Assembly (NCBI GenBank): GCA_010405405.1
Contig: MU004237.1
Coordinates: 1,747,345-1,811,344 of the forward strand
Source: Microthyrium microscopicum
Taxonomy: Eukaryota
Direction of reading: 5' to 3'
Length of the DNA stretch: 64,000 bases
In this document: piece by piece, positions 35,817 to 48,400 of the stretch
How the letters are laid out: every line of letters begins with the position of its first letter
How positions within the stretch are numbered: the first letter of the stretch is position 1
Position numbers and translations under genes: made by a program
Notes under the pieces: generated by a model
The model's input: only the letters and a program-made list of their open reading frames with translations
Databases searched by the model: none
Told to the model about the DNA's origin: nothing

Positions 35817-36949
35817 ATGGCGCCGTTGCCAGCCAAGGCCATTGCAAAGCGCAAGACTATGGCCAAAGCTGTCCTCGAGGAAGCAATCCAGGAATTGGGG
35901 CCATCAGAAAGACCTCCCGGTAGCATGGACGATTTCAAACAAGTATTGCGAACAGCCGCAATAGACTCTGGACTTGATTCCAATTTCTACGACTGTGTTC
36001 CGGATGCTGTGTTCAGCGACATCTTAGTCGTAGCCGCCTTTTCCAGGCGCGAACCGTCGAGGCCAGCATTGGTGAAAGCACCAGGAGACTTGATTACTCC
36101 ACCTAGCAGTGATCCTGCTTGTAGTGTCCGCGACGAGCATCGTGACTCTGACGGGGGCAGTGCTGTGTCATCAAGTGAAAATCCACCTGTTCCAACCTTT
36201 AAGGACGAAGTGAGTTGCATCTTACTGCATAAAAGATTGATATCTCGTGGTGCAAAGGGACTGACTTATCTTGCTAGGAGGAGCCATTCAACGTTGCCTT
36301 TTTTAATCCATCGACCAGCAAGTTCTTTTTACTAAAAGCCAGAAGATGCATTGAGGCTAGTAGCTTCATTTCAAGCAAGGCTGTGAAGAAACAGAAACTA
36401 TCCCCTGATCCCGATCTACAAGGAAGAGTCAGATTAGATTGGACAATCCCGCCAGAAAAGAAAGGAAAGCAACAAAGCACCCGATTCATGATAATTGATG
36501 ATTCAAGGATGGAGTGCGACTGCGCAATGGGTACTGGCTGTGACGACGACGACGACGACGATGAAGATGACGATAGCTCTACTGCTGGGAATGCTGAAGG
36601 TAGTGGCGATCAAACTGATTTAGAGACGGCAGATCGTTCTTATCCTCCAAGTGACGAGTACGACTTGGAGGATATTCCACAAACACAAGATACTTTATCA
36701 GTGGCGCATCGTAATCAGCTAAGCACGCAACTTAGCCATGATGGCCTATCACCAAGCTTGCGCCGTGATATAACGCTGGCTTTAATGGATGCTCACACAG
36801 CCGCAGGCCTGGGTGTCAGGGAGCAGAGACAACAACACCAATTTCCTGGTGCCACGTATGTCCCACCACGTGTTCCTACTCCACCTCCTTCGACAACACG
36901 TCGCTTGAGAGTCAATAACCAAAAACTCCCTCGGGAAAAGCGAAGCTGA
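35817..36949 (+). CDS. Hypothetical protein with a degenerate retropepsin-like domain and an acidic tract (2 exons)
   Basis: MAPLPAKA...TFKDE|intron GTGAGT...CTGAC..CTAG|EEPFNVAFFNPSTSKFFLLKARRCIEASSFISSKAV...GRVRLDW...TRFMIIDD...DCAMG followed by poly-Asp. Confidence 0.6.
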
Positions 36950-38188
36950 AAGCTCTGCCATCAACCTAGGTCGTGTCAAGGCTAGCCTTGCTTGATCTCT
37001 CTTATTTCAAACACTCTTCATCCATTGCTCAAAGCAGACAATGATGGGTACTAAGCATGATTCTCAAGGATACGTCACTCGGTTTTGATCTATCGAGAGT
37101 ATAGTTTCCCAACACTCACATTCCTCGGAGTCACCATTGCTGATCATGGATCAGTGATCACCGAGGAGGTTTGACTGGCAGTCGTTGGCTTCAGCATCAC
37201 TGCAAAGTTGGCTAAGGAACCTTCAAAGCCCGTAGCAGTAAGTTTCATAGGCAGATAGCAAAACTATGCTGCCGCGTGTGAGATGTGAAATTGTTCAGCA
37301 AGTCATGCATGCAAGTTTAGACCAATGCGGTCAAAGGTGCGTCGATATCTCATGCCACTTCTGAGGGTATTTTGAGTTTGACTAACATTGAAGCTCAAGT
37401 AATCGCATCAACACAAGCCTACCCTTCATTTTCAGTTTCACAAAAAGGTTTAGAGACTTCTCTTCAACCATAAAGTACTCGTCTCAAATGGCTTGATATG
37501 TTTTGGCGCAATGAAGTTGCGCGAAAGGGATGAAGACTGTATATTTAGTGGGGAAGACATTACTATGGCACTGAGCAGTATGGTACGATCTAATAAATAT
37601 ATTTATCAGGAAAGACGAAATTTAAGTTACAATTACTTTTGAAGTGTTGTTTTGGCTGCCGTGGAAGTGTCCATCCTCCTGATTACACCTTTGCTCTGCT
37701 TCAAAATATCTGATCACGCTCCAATTTTTTGAGATGGGAATATGAGATGCAAAGCTCAATCGAAGGATATATGTAGATACACTCTGGTGCACAACCGAAA
37801 TAGTACAGTATTTAACGGCAGTCATTAGAATTGACGAGTCTACGCCATTGATCTTGTTGGCCATGCTGTTGGCAGCTTGCCTGGTTTACTTGTGCTCTGC
37901 CTGATATGGCACCTCAAATTTACCCAGCGACATAGATGGCAGGCGGGCATTCAGTAAGCGCTGCTGCTAAGAAACCTCAAGAAGTGATTTATTTGACGTT
38001 ACAATCTCTTCAGTCACCGATGGCTCTCGCTATAACTGTGCGTTTCTCAGTCAAAGCCCAACCCTGATTTGTCTTCTCCAAGTCTATCTTCATCTTCTTC
38101 TTCTTCCTCATCCATCGTTACACTTCCCGCAAACCTGAATACCATTACTGATATTGCAGCCCATCACACTCTAAACCAAATCACTATC

Positions 38189-39121
38189 ATGGCCCGACAA
38201 CAGCCTTCCGACTATTCGGCTTTTCTACACAAGCTACCTCTGGAGCTGAGATGGATGGTTTATAAACATCTTCTCGTCCCCTCCACAGAGATACTCACCA
38301 AACCGAAACTCAAAAAGCGAGCGCCCGTCATTAGAGTTCTGCCCGATGGAATAACCGGTATTGACGTCGACGACAAAACTCGACATATTCATCCTCAAAT
38401 TCTGAGCACATGCAAACAGATTTTCGAGGAAGCAGAACCTATTCTATATGGCCATACCGCCTTCAGCCTCCATGAGTGCGGCTCAGCCGTGTGGCGATCT
38501 CTTGCCATGGGTGGTATTCCAAACGAATTGCGACTCTGTACTGTCAACTTCATCAAAATTCTGTACATTGACGTGAATCGGTCCGTTTTCGACTCCTCAC
38601 TTACGACTTTACTTGAACACTTTCCATGTCTGCGTACAGTCCAGGCTGTAACCACATGGCCCACTATGTGCCTGAAAACTTTCCTGAACGGGACCCGCAA
38701 GCCAAACAATCTAGAGGTCTTCCAAGAGCTGAGTCAACTGCCGCAAATAAAACATTTGACATGTTCATTTCACCTCGACCCCGAAATCATGTGGAACTTT
38801 GTATACGATGGCGATTTCGATGACATCCTTGAAAGCTGGTGTTCAGATGCATTTGATGCTCATCAAGCTGCTGTATACTCAGGCAACGAGCTAGTTTACA
38901 GCTTTACATTTCATCGATACTGGATGAAACAGATTCAACAAGAAATGTCGAAGCGAGACGTCCTGAACGGCGTTCCATTGGCCTGGCGATTTGGAACGGA
39001 GGTAACGATAGAGCGCGGACCTACGCCATTCGTCGAGTTGACAGTGAATGTGGTTCAAAGCCATATTCCATGCGAGGCTATGGGCCACTGGGGAGAGATG
39101 TCACGCCTAGAAGAGCTGTAG
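38189..39121 (+). CDS. Family B paralog 1 (F-box-like N-terminus, intronless)
   Basis: FLHKLPLELRWMVYKHLLV...HPQILSTCKQIFEEAEPILY...FHRYWMKQIQ...GVPLAWRFGT...IPCE. Confidence 0.75.
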   Translation: MARQQPSDYSAFLHKLPLELRWMVYKHLLVPSTEILTKPKLKKRAPVIRVLPDGITGIDVDDKTRHIHPQILSTCKQIFEEAEPILYGHTAFSLHECGSAVWRSLAMGGIPNELRLCTVNFIKILYIDVNRSVFDSSLTTLLEHFPCLRTVQAVTTWPTMCLKTFLNGTRKPNNLEVFQELSQLPQIKHLTCSFHLDPEIMWNFVYDGDFDDILESWCSDAFDAHQAAVYSGNELVYSFTFHRYWMKQIQQEMSKRDVLNGVPLAWRFGTEVTIERGPTPFVELTVNVVQSHIPCEAMGHWGEMSRLEEL

Positions 39122-39447
39122 GAGGTCTTGGGGCTATAGCACGGCCTCTGCATCTAAATCAACAGATTTCGCAGCTTATCCGACCTTGGATCGTTAAGCT
39201 GCTCACGGAGATTGCGTCAGATCCGTGGAAGTCCATCGTGGAATGCACGATTAAGGTCGAATATAATGGAATGCGAGCTTTAGTGTTGACGATGGTCGCG
39301 ATAGAGCAGATGTTTTAGCAATGAATAGTCTGACGGGATTCTGATTCTCTAGTGTGTCTATGAGTCTGAGATTGGGGATACGCGCGTTTTATAAAGGAAC
39401 CAATATACCATTTGAAATTTATGACATTGTTGATGTAATCTACTGCT

Positions 39448-39476
39448 CTCAGCCTTATGGCGAGATACTCAGCCTT
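39448..39476 (+). promoter_or_regulatory. Bipartite CTCAGCCTTAT direct-repeat element upstream of family B genes
   Basis: CTCAGCCTTATGGCGAGATACTCAGCCTT, with near-identical copies in gene orientation at 59675-59704 and 57517-57546. Confidence 0.55.
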
Positions 39477-39648
39477 ATAGAGCACCTCAACTTTCCAATG
39501 ACCCGCGTGACTAACTTTTACTTAGTCCGCTCCGTTGCAGACAACCTTCTACTTTTTCCATCCTCCTGTCGTCCATTCCCATCGCAAACCACATCCTCGA
39601 ACTTCAAATCCAGCATCATCCTACTCTCTCTTCGAACAACAATAAACC

Positions 39649-40605
39649 ATGTCTTCCAACGACTCCCCCGCGTTCTCGACCTTTCTGCAGAAGATTCCTC
39701 TTGAGCTGAGACTCATGATATATGTCTATCTTCTAGGCCAGACTCATGAGGCACAACCGACAGCGCCATATCCGCTCACCTTGGAAATACCCAAGATTAG
39801 CCTCTCCGTAAAATATGGAGGCTATGTTCCTGGGATCAAAATAAACACAAAGTCTCGTAGCCTTCATCCGGAGATTCTCCGCACCTGCAAGCAGATTCAC
39901 ATTGAAGCTGAGGCCACGCTCTACCGTGAGTCCGCCATGCAGCTTGTTGAAAATAGTCCCTTTGATGGCTACAACTTGCACATCCAACCAGTCCCTCAAT
40001 TGAACTTCATCACAAGTCTCTACCTTTGCCTAAATCCGCACTCCTTCAGCGCACCACTCGCAATTCTTCTTGCTCAGTTGCCTTGCCTACATACGGTCCG
40101 CGGAATAAGCACCTGGCCAACACCATGCTATGACTATATAGCCAATGCTTTCAGTGAACCGCAAGAGAACAATTTGTGCGCTATTCAGGAGATCAACAAA
40201 AACTCGCACATCAAGAACTTCACATGCACATTTCAACTGAGCTTTGCAAATGGGGCAGGACTCCAACCCGGTAGTGCATTCGAACTAGCTTGGAAAGAAT
40301 TCCAGCGAGAGAATCCGAATGTCCGTTTTAGTGCCCTCAACTCGGAAATCCTGCAGCAACAAAGCCACGGCTTCAGATTCCATCGATGGTGGATGGAGCA
40401 AATTCAACGAGAGTTACAAAAGCAGGGTTTTTTGGTTGGTGTTCCGTTGGCATGGCAATTTCGTACTAAGACTACACAATTCGGAACTAAGATTCAGGGT
40501 TATGCCGAACCTTGTTTGGAAATGAAGGTAGACATGCCTCAATCTCAAATCCTGTGCGAGGTTATCAGAGACTACGGACAGATGTCATGCTTAGAAGAGC
40601 TCTAG
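39649..40605 (+). CDS. Family B paralog 2 (F-box-like, intronless)
   Basis: FLQKIPLELRLMIYVYLL...HPEILRTCKQIHIEAEATLY...FHRWWMEQIQ...GVPLAWQFRT; ends MSCLEEL, like paralog 1 (MSRLEEL). Confidence 0.75.
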   Translation: MSSNDSPAFSTFLQKIPLELRLMIYVYLLGQTHEAQPTAPYPLTLEIPKISLSVKYGGYVPGIKINTKSRSLHPEILRTCKQIHIEAEATLYRESAMQLVENSPFDGYNLHIQPVPQLNFITSLYLCLNPHSFSAPLAILLAQLPCLHTVRGISTWPTPCYDYIANAFSEPQENNLCAIQEINKNSHIKNFTCTFQLSFANGAGLQPGSAFELAWKEFQRENPNVRFSALNSEILQQQSHGFRFHRWWMEQIQRELQKQGFLVGVPLAWQFRTKTTQFGTKIQGYAEPCLEMKVDMPQSQILCEVIRDYGQMSCLEEL

Positions 40606-41367
40606 CCGGTTTTCCCGGCAAAATGAGTCGTGCAAGACTTGGTGGAGCATCAAGACTGAAAGAGGACCTTGGTTTTGTGGAAAGACAGGCGCAGGAAGAA
40701 TGATGGCTCAAACCAGCAGCAGGAATAAACAGTGGGGATATTGACTCTTGCTAAATGTCAGCGAGTGGCAGAATTCTCCATGATCAGATGAGGTCGGGAC
40801 AAGATGCCAATTGTATTCTTTTAAATGAGTTGTCGTCTTTTATGTACTAACGAATGAATGTGGGGCAATCCAACATTCATTCTTTAAAATCCAATGATCA
40901 CTGTACCGAAGGGAAACAGTGTGTTCATTACATATAATACATCTCTTCTAATCATTTATGCCCTCGGCTGATATTCAGTAAGATGGCCTTACAAAAACCG
41001 CCTCCAAATCATCCAGATCATGAATGAGAGGCACAGCACCTGGATGGTATGTTTTCTTAGTCTATGCTGGCAGGATCCCAGACGAAGTTCTCCGTATGCC
41101 TCAAAACTATATCTCAACACCAAATCACTGGCCATTCGGTAACCCTCAAGTGATTACTTGCTCAGACCTACGTAAAATCTCGACTACTTAAACCTCTAGC
41201 TTCATCCACATCCCCGAAAAGTCAGAGTCTCCATCTTTCATCTCATTCCAACCATAATCTGCTGTTCCCAAGCGAAAGTTCTTCCGCCCTTTGGATTAAC
41301 ATCTCGACAGCTTTCCACCAAAAGTGTGGACGCATCCACTGCTTCCGGTAGCAACCCGCTAGACACC

Positions 41368-42027
41368 ATGCCAAACACTCAGGCCAAAGTACCCAAAGCC
41401 ACCAAAATCATTCCAAAAGCCGTCATCCTGATTGATGTCGAAGTCCGTTATCACGCCGAGCTCATGAACGCGCTTGTCGCTTATGCCAATAGTGGCTGTA
41501 TGGTGATCTACCTCAAGGGCCTCTTCAACGTCCGTTTAGTGGATGTCAAGCCGTTCTCTGGGCGCTTTAATCTGCCCTGGGACATTGCCGCCTACCTGCG
41601 TAGTGGCTATGTTGTAAATCCTGCCTGTCGTCATGCTTTTCAAATCGTTTCGCTGGCACCACGCTATAATATTAAGGCGTGTTTGCTCAAAGATGTTGAT
41701 GAGGCAGATAAGTTGTACGTCTTAGAGCCTGGTGCTCGATACCAATCTCTTCCATTGCAAGGTACAGGACAACTAGGCCATGAGCTTACTGGCGAGACGT
41801 ATACGCCTGCTGCGCTTGGTGCTGTTGGCGAGGGTTATATTGCGTATTTCGGAGATGTCAACTCTGAGAACGAGACTTTCATTGCAGTAGTGGCGCTTGG
41901 CTGCAAGATGCATCCTGGTCTGCAGTCTGCTCAAGAACCAATCTCCGTGTCGATTACTGGTGCTCCGCGAATGACCACTTTGAGAGTGTCTCCCAATGGT
42001 ACTTCCGACTACAGAATCTTCTACTAA
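41368..42027 (+). CDS. Family C paralog 1, hypothetical, possible class I glutamine amidotransferase-like fold; shorter N-terminus
   Basis: FNLPWDIAAYLRSGYVVNPAC, NIKACLLKDVDEADKLY and TPAALGAVGEGYIAYFGDVNSE align with 42924-43688. First ATG at 41368. Confidence 0.65.
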   Translation: MPNTQAKVPKATKIIPKAVILIDVEVRYHAELMNALVAYANSGCMVIYLKGLFNVRLVDVKPFSGRFNLPWDIAAYLRSGYVVNPACRHAFQIVSLAPRYNIKACLLKDVDEADKLYVLEPGARYQSLPLQGTGQLGHELTGETYTPAALGAVGEGYIAYFGDVNSENETFIAVVALGCKMHPGLQSAQEPISVSITGAPRMTTLRVSPNGTSDYRIFY

Positions 42028-42923
42028 AACTTTTGGAGGACTCGCTGGAAAGTCCGATCTGCTCAGTTCGCAAGTTCGGTTTGATCGAACCTTGTTTCGA
42101 GGACATGTCTCTTGTTTTATTCGGAGTTGTTTGCAGGTCGAACCAGGACCAAATCAGTAGAGAGCCAGCTTGGTATACCTACCTGGGTAGACGTCAGATC
42201 TGAGCATTTTGAGATTAGATGGCCTCTTTGTACCCATCATGAACACCCCATCATGAAGTGGTCGTTTATGTAATAGAATTCATTTATGCTGCTCTGTGTG
42301 GGATTTTGAATGTGATACCTCCTTGACATTGACACTCTCAACAGGTCGGCAAAACAAATGGCGCGCTTCCATCAGTCGTTGGCTCCTAGACGCTACGCTA
42401 TCCTATTGAATGCTTTATTTGCTATTTCTGCAATTCAAAATAGAATGATATATGCATTGTAATGAGAACATAACACCATTTGTTCAACAGCGTTAGTAGC
42501 AGCCATTTGTTTTGCCATGCTGTTGACTCTGCTGGTTCTAATAAAGTATCTGGTAGCATCGACTATGCTTCAGAGATCCCCAGAATCTGATGTATTGAAT
42601 CTGATCAAAACCCAATCAGCTAGACCGCCTTGGTATAGAAAATCGCCTAAGAACTGTTTGAGATGAGCTTTCACCTCAGATCCATCCACCTCGACACCAA
42701 GTCAATGCTACAAGTGACCAATTTTCCACATCCATATGCATTTCCAACTATTTAAGCCCGCAGCTCGAACTCCCAAACCCCCAGACATCATCATCCAGCT
42801 GCTTCTCTTCAACCAGACCCGATCGCCAGTCGTCGTCATTCATCCAAAGATTATCCGCTATCCTCAACTCCCACTCTATCATCACATCACGATCACTACT
42901 TCCTTCATTTTCTCAACAGAAGT

Positions 42924-43688
42924 ATGGATCCTGCCGTCGAACTCCTTCGCCATCCAGACCCCAACGAAAGCGATGGCAACGATCCTCGCAAGCGTGACTC
43001 ACTAATCCTCGTCATCGCACTAGACGATGGTCCACTAGACACCGACTCAATCATCAGCTACTACCCACCTCTCCTCCGCATGTGCCGCATGCTGCGCGCC
43101 AAAAAGCCCGAAGCCGCCATCCGCATCATCACTGACGACGATCCAGTGATTGTATTCCTAGCCGATGCCTATATGCGCGAGCACGAACAGCTTATGGACA
43201 TGCTCGTCGGTTTCGTCCATGCTGGCGGAATGCTCGTTTGCGCTGACAAGTTCGCCATTACCATTAACTCTGTGGAGCTGAAGCCATTCTTTAGTAGCTT
43301 TGGATTGCCGTGGGATATGGGTGCCTGCTATCGTACTGCCTATGTCGTCAATCCAGCGTGTAGTCATACTCCGCTTTCTTGTCATGAGCTGACGGAGAAG
43401 ACTAATGTCAAGGCTTTACTTCTGGAGAACGTTGCTGAAGGGGACAAGCTGTACGTTCCGAAAGAAGGCGCTCGTATCCAGTCTGTTATACTCTCAGCTA
43501 TGGGACAGTTGGGTCCTGTGTTGGAGAATCGGTCTCTTACACCAACTGCCTTTGCTAAGGTTGGTCTGGGCTATGTTATGTACTCGGGAGATGTTCAAGG
43601 CCACGAGCATGCTACACACATGGCTATTCTGGCTGCTTGCACCAAAATGCACAAGTTCCTCGGAGCTGCTTACGATCGTCAGCAGTAG
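42924..43688 (+). CDS. Family C paralog 2, hypothetical, possible class I GATase-like fold
   Basis: 254-aa ORF with LVGFVHAGGMLV, FGLPWDMGACYRTAYVVNPAC and TPTAFAKVGLGYVMYSGDV. Confidence 0.7.
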   Translation: MDPAVELLRHPDPNESDGNDPRKRDSLILVIALDDGPLDTDSIISYYPPLLRMCRMLRAKKPEAAIRIITDDDPVIVFLADAYMREHEQLMDMLVGFVHAGGMLVCADKFAITINSVELKPFFSSFGLPWDMGACYRTAYVVNPACSHTPLSCHELTEKTNVKALLLENVAEGDKLYVPKEGARIQSVILSAMGQLGPVLENRSLTPTAFAKVGLGYVMYSGDVQGHEHATHMAILAACTKMHKFLGAAYDRQQ

Positions 43689-44346
43689 ACCAGTCGGTTG
43701 TGGTGTGATTTAGGCCTGGCTCTTCCCAGCAGCGTGCAACTTCATGTCTCTATGATCTGAGCTGAGTACAGTTGTAGGAATAAGGTGTGCCCTGCATCGT
43801 AATAGACGCAGAAGCGATCTATTGCTCTGCACAAGGACTGGTTATATAGGTAGTTCTATAGGTCGCTCTGCCAACTTGAGATAAAAGCCTTTTCAGAATG
43901 TTTAGATGATATTCATTGTAAATCATATTCTGCAGGACAGCCAAATCTATAGCACAAGCCTAAGAAATGCCGTGTTTCCCACATCATAAGCTATGTACCT
44001 AGCCAGTGCTTCAATCCCCATTGGATGTGTAACAGTACAGATACTCCATCGAATTCAGTGGGAACTATAGCATATTTTTTTGAACAGCATTGCCTGTTTC
44101 TAACAGCTCGTAGCAACAGATTCACAAATCCTTTTCTCCTGACGACCTCTCCATAAAGAGAGCAGTTCGTGTGCTGTTCCAGGGTATCCTAGATTTACCA
44201 ATTGATTCTCAAATCACTGAACAGGCCAAGAACAATCATTCTTGGCCCTCGTATACAGCAACCGACATCAGACTCCACCACAAAAGCACCACATACCTCC
44301 TCCCCAATTCTCTCTGAAACCAACACAAACCCATCCTCACCACAAC

Positions 44347-45483
44347 ATGACCAAATCAATACTCATAACCGGCGCCACCGGCCGACAAGGTGGCAGTCTC
44401 ATCAAAACCCTCCTCGCATCTCCCGAATCTTCCAACTTCACCCTCATCGCGCTGACCAGAAACGCCCAATCATCCACCGCTGTAAAATTGAAAGAAAAGG
44501 GTGTCACAATACTCCAAGGAGACCTCAGTGATGTGCCTGCAATTTTCAAAAGCCCAGAAATCACCAGCCAAAAGCTATGGGGCGTGTTCAGTGTCCAGGT
44601 CTAAGCAGCTAGGATATTTTAGTCATCAAGAAACTGACTGGGTGTAGAATCCTGGGATTAGAGCCTCTGCGACTATCGTTGAGCGTCAGCAGGGGAAGGC
44701 GTTGATTGATTGTGCTGTGAAGGCTGGTAAGAGGTAGCCTCCTGCGAGTTCAGGACGTGGCATAGATGAATGGGGCGTTCTATGCCATCAGTTCCGTGCT
44801 CTTGACGCACTATCCAACAAACGATATTCAAACAACGCTTACATATCTCAGGAGTCCAATTCTTCATCTACGCCTCCGTAGACCGCGGCGGCACACAATC
44901 AGCCCACACGCCAACACCCGTAGCGCAATTCAGCAGTAAACACGACATAGAGCAACATCTCATGTCGCACACTGGCGCCATGAAATATGTTATCCTACGA
45001 CCTACGACATTCATGGAAGTCAGTGATCCCCATTCCCCTTCTTTCTTACCACTCCGCTAAAGAGATCTCTAGAATTTGACACCAGATATAAAAGGCACAA
45101 CATGGTCCTCAGCCTACAAACACATAATGAAAACCAAGCCAATACACTTAATATCAACCCACGACATCGGCCGTGTAGCTGGCACGATCTTTTTAGATCC
45201 TGAGAAATATGCCAATACTGCGATATCTCTGGTTGGAGATAAGTTGACGTTTGCGCAAGCAGATGCAATTTTCAAGGAGAAAACGGGAACGAATATGAAA
45301 GTTATGGGAATCGTGCCGTTCAGTCTGGTTATGCTAGGCTTGAGTGAGTTGAGGACTATGTTCAAGTGGTTTCCGGCGAATCCGGAGGGACTTGATGTGG
45401 GTAGGTGTAGAGAGGAGTGGGGACTTATGAGTTGGGGAGAGTGGGTGGAGAGGGAGAGTGGGTTTAAGATGGTTGGGGATTGA
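44347..45483 (+). CDS. NmrA-like NAD(P)-binding Rossmann protein, 4 exons
   Basis: ILITGATGRQGGS, IALTRN, QGDLSD, GVFSVQ, QQGKALID, FFIYASVDRGG, FSSKHDIEQHL, ILRPTTFME and LISTHDIG. Confidence 0.92.
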
Positions 45484-48400
45484 GTCCTGTAGTGGTTGAG
45501 AGGAGAAGAAGTTAAAATGATAGAGAGAGGGAGAGTAAGGGCGATACGTCTGTCTTGTGGCTGTACACCTGGGCAATTATAATCTCGGACATCGTCGTTT
45601 TGAGCATCCTGGTATGAGTATAACATGCATCTCCATGCTTGTCCTTTCTTGAAGTGTGAGCACTGAATGATTTGGAGAAACTCTCATGTACAGTTCAAGC
45701 ATCCATGATCCTACTGGTCAAAGTGGATTAAGCAAGTGTCACTGAACGCTTGCGTCACTCGAGGAAAGATTTTGGAGAATATGATCATTGGTCCGTTGAG
45801 TTCGCCAATATAACACATCCTTGCAGTAGCCAAAATGATCGACGATCTAGAAATAAGTCACGACATCTTCACCTCAATCTCATATGATACTTCCACATGT
45901 GAGCAAACGAACTATTCAAAACTCTTCGGTCTCGCATCGTCTTCATCTTCTTGGCCTTGAGAATAGCAAGCATCTCTATAGCATCCTGTAATCTGCAAAG
46001 ACACAATACTAATTTCCCCAGCGTCTCACGGATCTGAAGTTGAGAAAGCGTTGAAGTTAAGCATTCCACTAGGTTTAGCAACGAAGTTTAAATCGCACCA
46101 ACCTTCTCGGATTCGCCGACCTCATAGTTCAACAGGTACAATCCGAATGCGATTTAGCACGATACTTACCTAGTCCAGCAAACACAGCGATCAAAGTTAA
46201 AAAGATTTGAGATCTAAACACCTTGGCGACGGGACTAACCTTAAGTATATGCTAGGCAAGGGGTCAAAGATTAGAGGCCAGATACCAAAAGATGTGCATC
46301 ATGAGAATCATGGCATTGTTATTCCACTCGCAATTCCCATACCTGTCACGAAACATCGCCATGATACCCCGGTAGATGATGGACCACGTTTATCGCGAAG
46401 TTACTAAAAGCGCGTGATTCGTGAAAAAAGGGTCGATGACGTAGAATAGTTTGGGTTGTTGAAAAAGCAAAGATGACGGTTTGCCATTCCAACCTGTTGG
46501 ATCCGGGACCAGGGTCCAAAAGAGGGTGGAACAAGACCAATCAGGAATAAACTATTTGTATGCCACGCGATTTGAGGTTTCCAAGAGGAAGATGTCAAAG
46601 ATATTTACTTGCAGAGTCGAAGCCAACCTCACACGTGTTAGAGATTCGATGGTGGCTTGCACCAAGTCAACCAAAGATTGGATGATGTGGTATTCCAAAT
46701 GGCGATACTGCTGGGCCGTTGGATAGCAGCACGAAAGAAAAGGCACGATAGGACACGAAGACATCTGACCGTCGAACTTTGGGAAATTGCTTTCCGGGTT
46801 TGACGAGGCGACGAACGAGATGGGAAATGATTGACATTGCAGACGGCATTTGGCGAAGATGTATGGCAGGGTGCTCTTAGAGACCGTGGGGATATGATTT
46901 TAAGAGGACAAAGGGTTAGGAGTAGAGCGTAAGCAGCTTAGCAGTGCTTAGAAAGGGCGGTTAAGGGACAAAGTGCCAGGCCTTGAGGACGAGTGAGGTG
47001 GGCATGGACTTGTTGTCGATGCTAAAACCATGATGAATCCGCATCGAGGAATTGGCCTGAGATCTGGATTTGAGTCTGGACCTCTGCACCAAATATGTTG
47101 GCAGTTTGCTGGGGTATCCCTGTTTACCATGCCGTTCGAGCTTGGACCCCAACTAGGTAGATGCAAATTTGGAAAATGCTGGCGCCGCTTCCAACTGCAG
47201 GGTCGAAAAGGGACCCTTTCCAAGACTCTTCGCTGTCGCAACCCACGACGATATCGTCAACAGCGGTTTTGGAAGATGCTACCGTTATGCACACTAGTAA
47301 TGCATCCAGCCGCGATATCAACCCGTCCCAAGCTATCCGAGGCAACGCGCTGGTCTAAACTCCACGTTTGACCTGGCTGTTGTGGTGTCCACCAACTCAG
47401 CACCAACAAATGTCTCATGTCAGGGTCTCAACGTGGCATGCGCCTCTGACATCACCACTTTGAAAACCACCTCCACCAACCAAACTCCTTTCAACCGTGC
47501 CCAAAGCTCGCACAGCCGCTGAAAATACTGACTCTTCGGTCAGCTCTGTGTTGATCACAACAAATTTAACCACCACAGAGATAATTTTGGTTCGTTGATG
47601 TGTTATGATCGATCGTTTAGGAATTGCTGAAATGCAATCATTTACCCTGACGAAAGACCTATGACATCAGGGAACTGACAGAGCCTGCAGAAAAGCGCAC
47701 AAAAGTTGATGGGCAAAATTAAGCGATGAAATTCCCTGCCGTACCCAGAAAGTAGTTCCCGCAGAAAATGCATGCAATTCTGACTGGGTTGGCAGGGGTT
47801 TTGGTGTGCAGAAGTCCCATTTCCTTGGTTTTGGGGTGCTATGCGCTGCCCTGAATCTCGATCGATTGCTAGCATCACGATTTCTGCAACTATCAACCGT
47901 GAGAAATCGGATGTGGTGCTAATCGCAATATGCAATCACTCTGAAGGTATCATTGTACGAGCGTATTCTAGGTCTTGCCGAGTTTATTCTCTGACTTGTT
48001 TGCGAGTATTGTGATATATGGGCGAGTAATAATGAAAGGGGCCTGTTTTGTTGCAATTGTTCGCTTGAGCTTTGGTGTTGTACAAATGGCTCTTGGCTCC
48101 ATATTTAAGGTTTGTCCGTTATTCTTCGGGATTGGGTAGCGGCTCTTTAGGCTGTGTTGGCTGTGGGCTGAATTGTTCGCGTTTACGCTATTTCTTGTCA
48201 GCAAGGGAGCTAGAGACTGCGGCATTGCGGCAAGCCAACTACATTTTTTGGAAGGTAGTAAGGTACACAGTCGGTTGTGTGCGTTGGGTCAGGGTGTTGA
48301 ATTTCCAAGGGGCTTTGTTTGCCAGGGAATAACAATGCATAAGGAGTGGGTTCACGGGTGGATTGATTTTTATGGCAATTGGAGGGATTGACATAATTCG

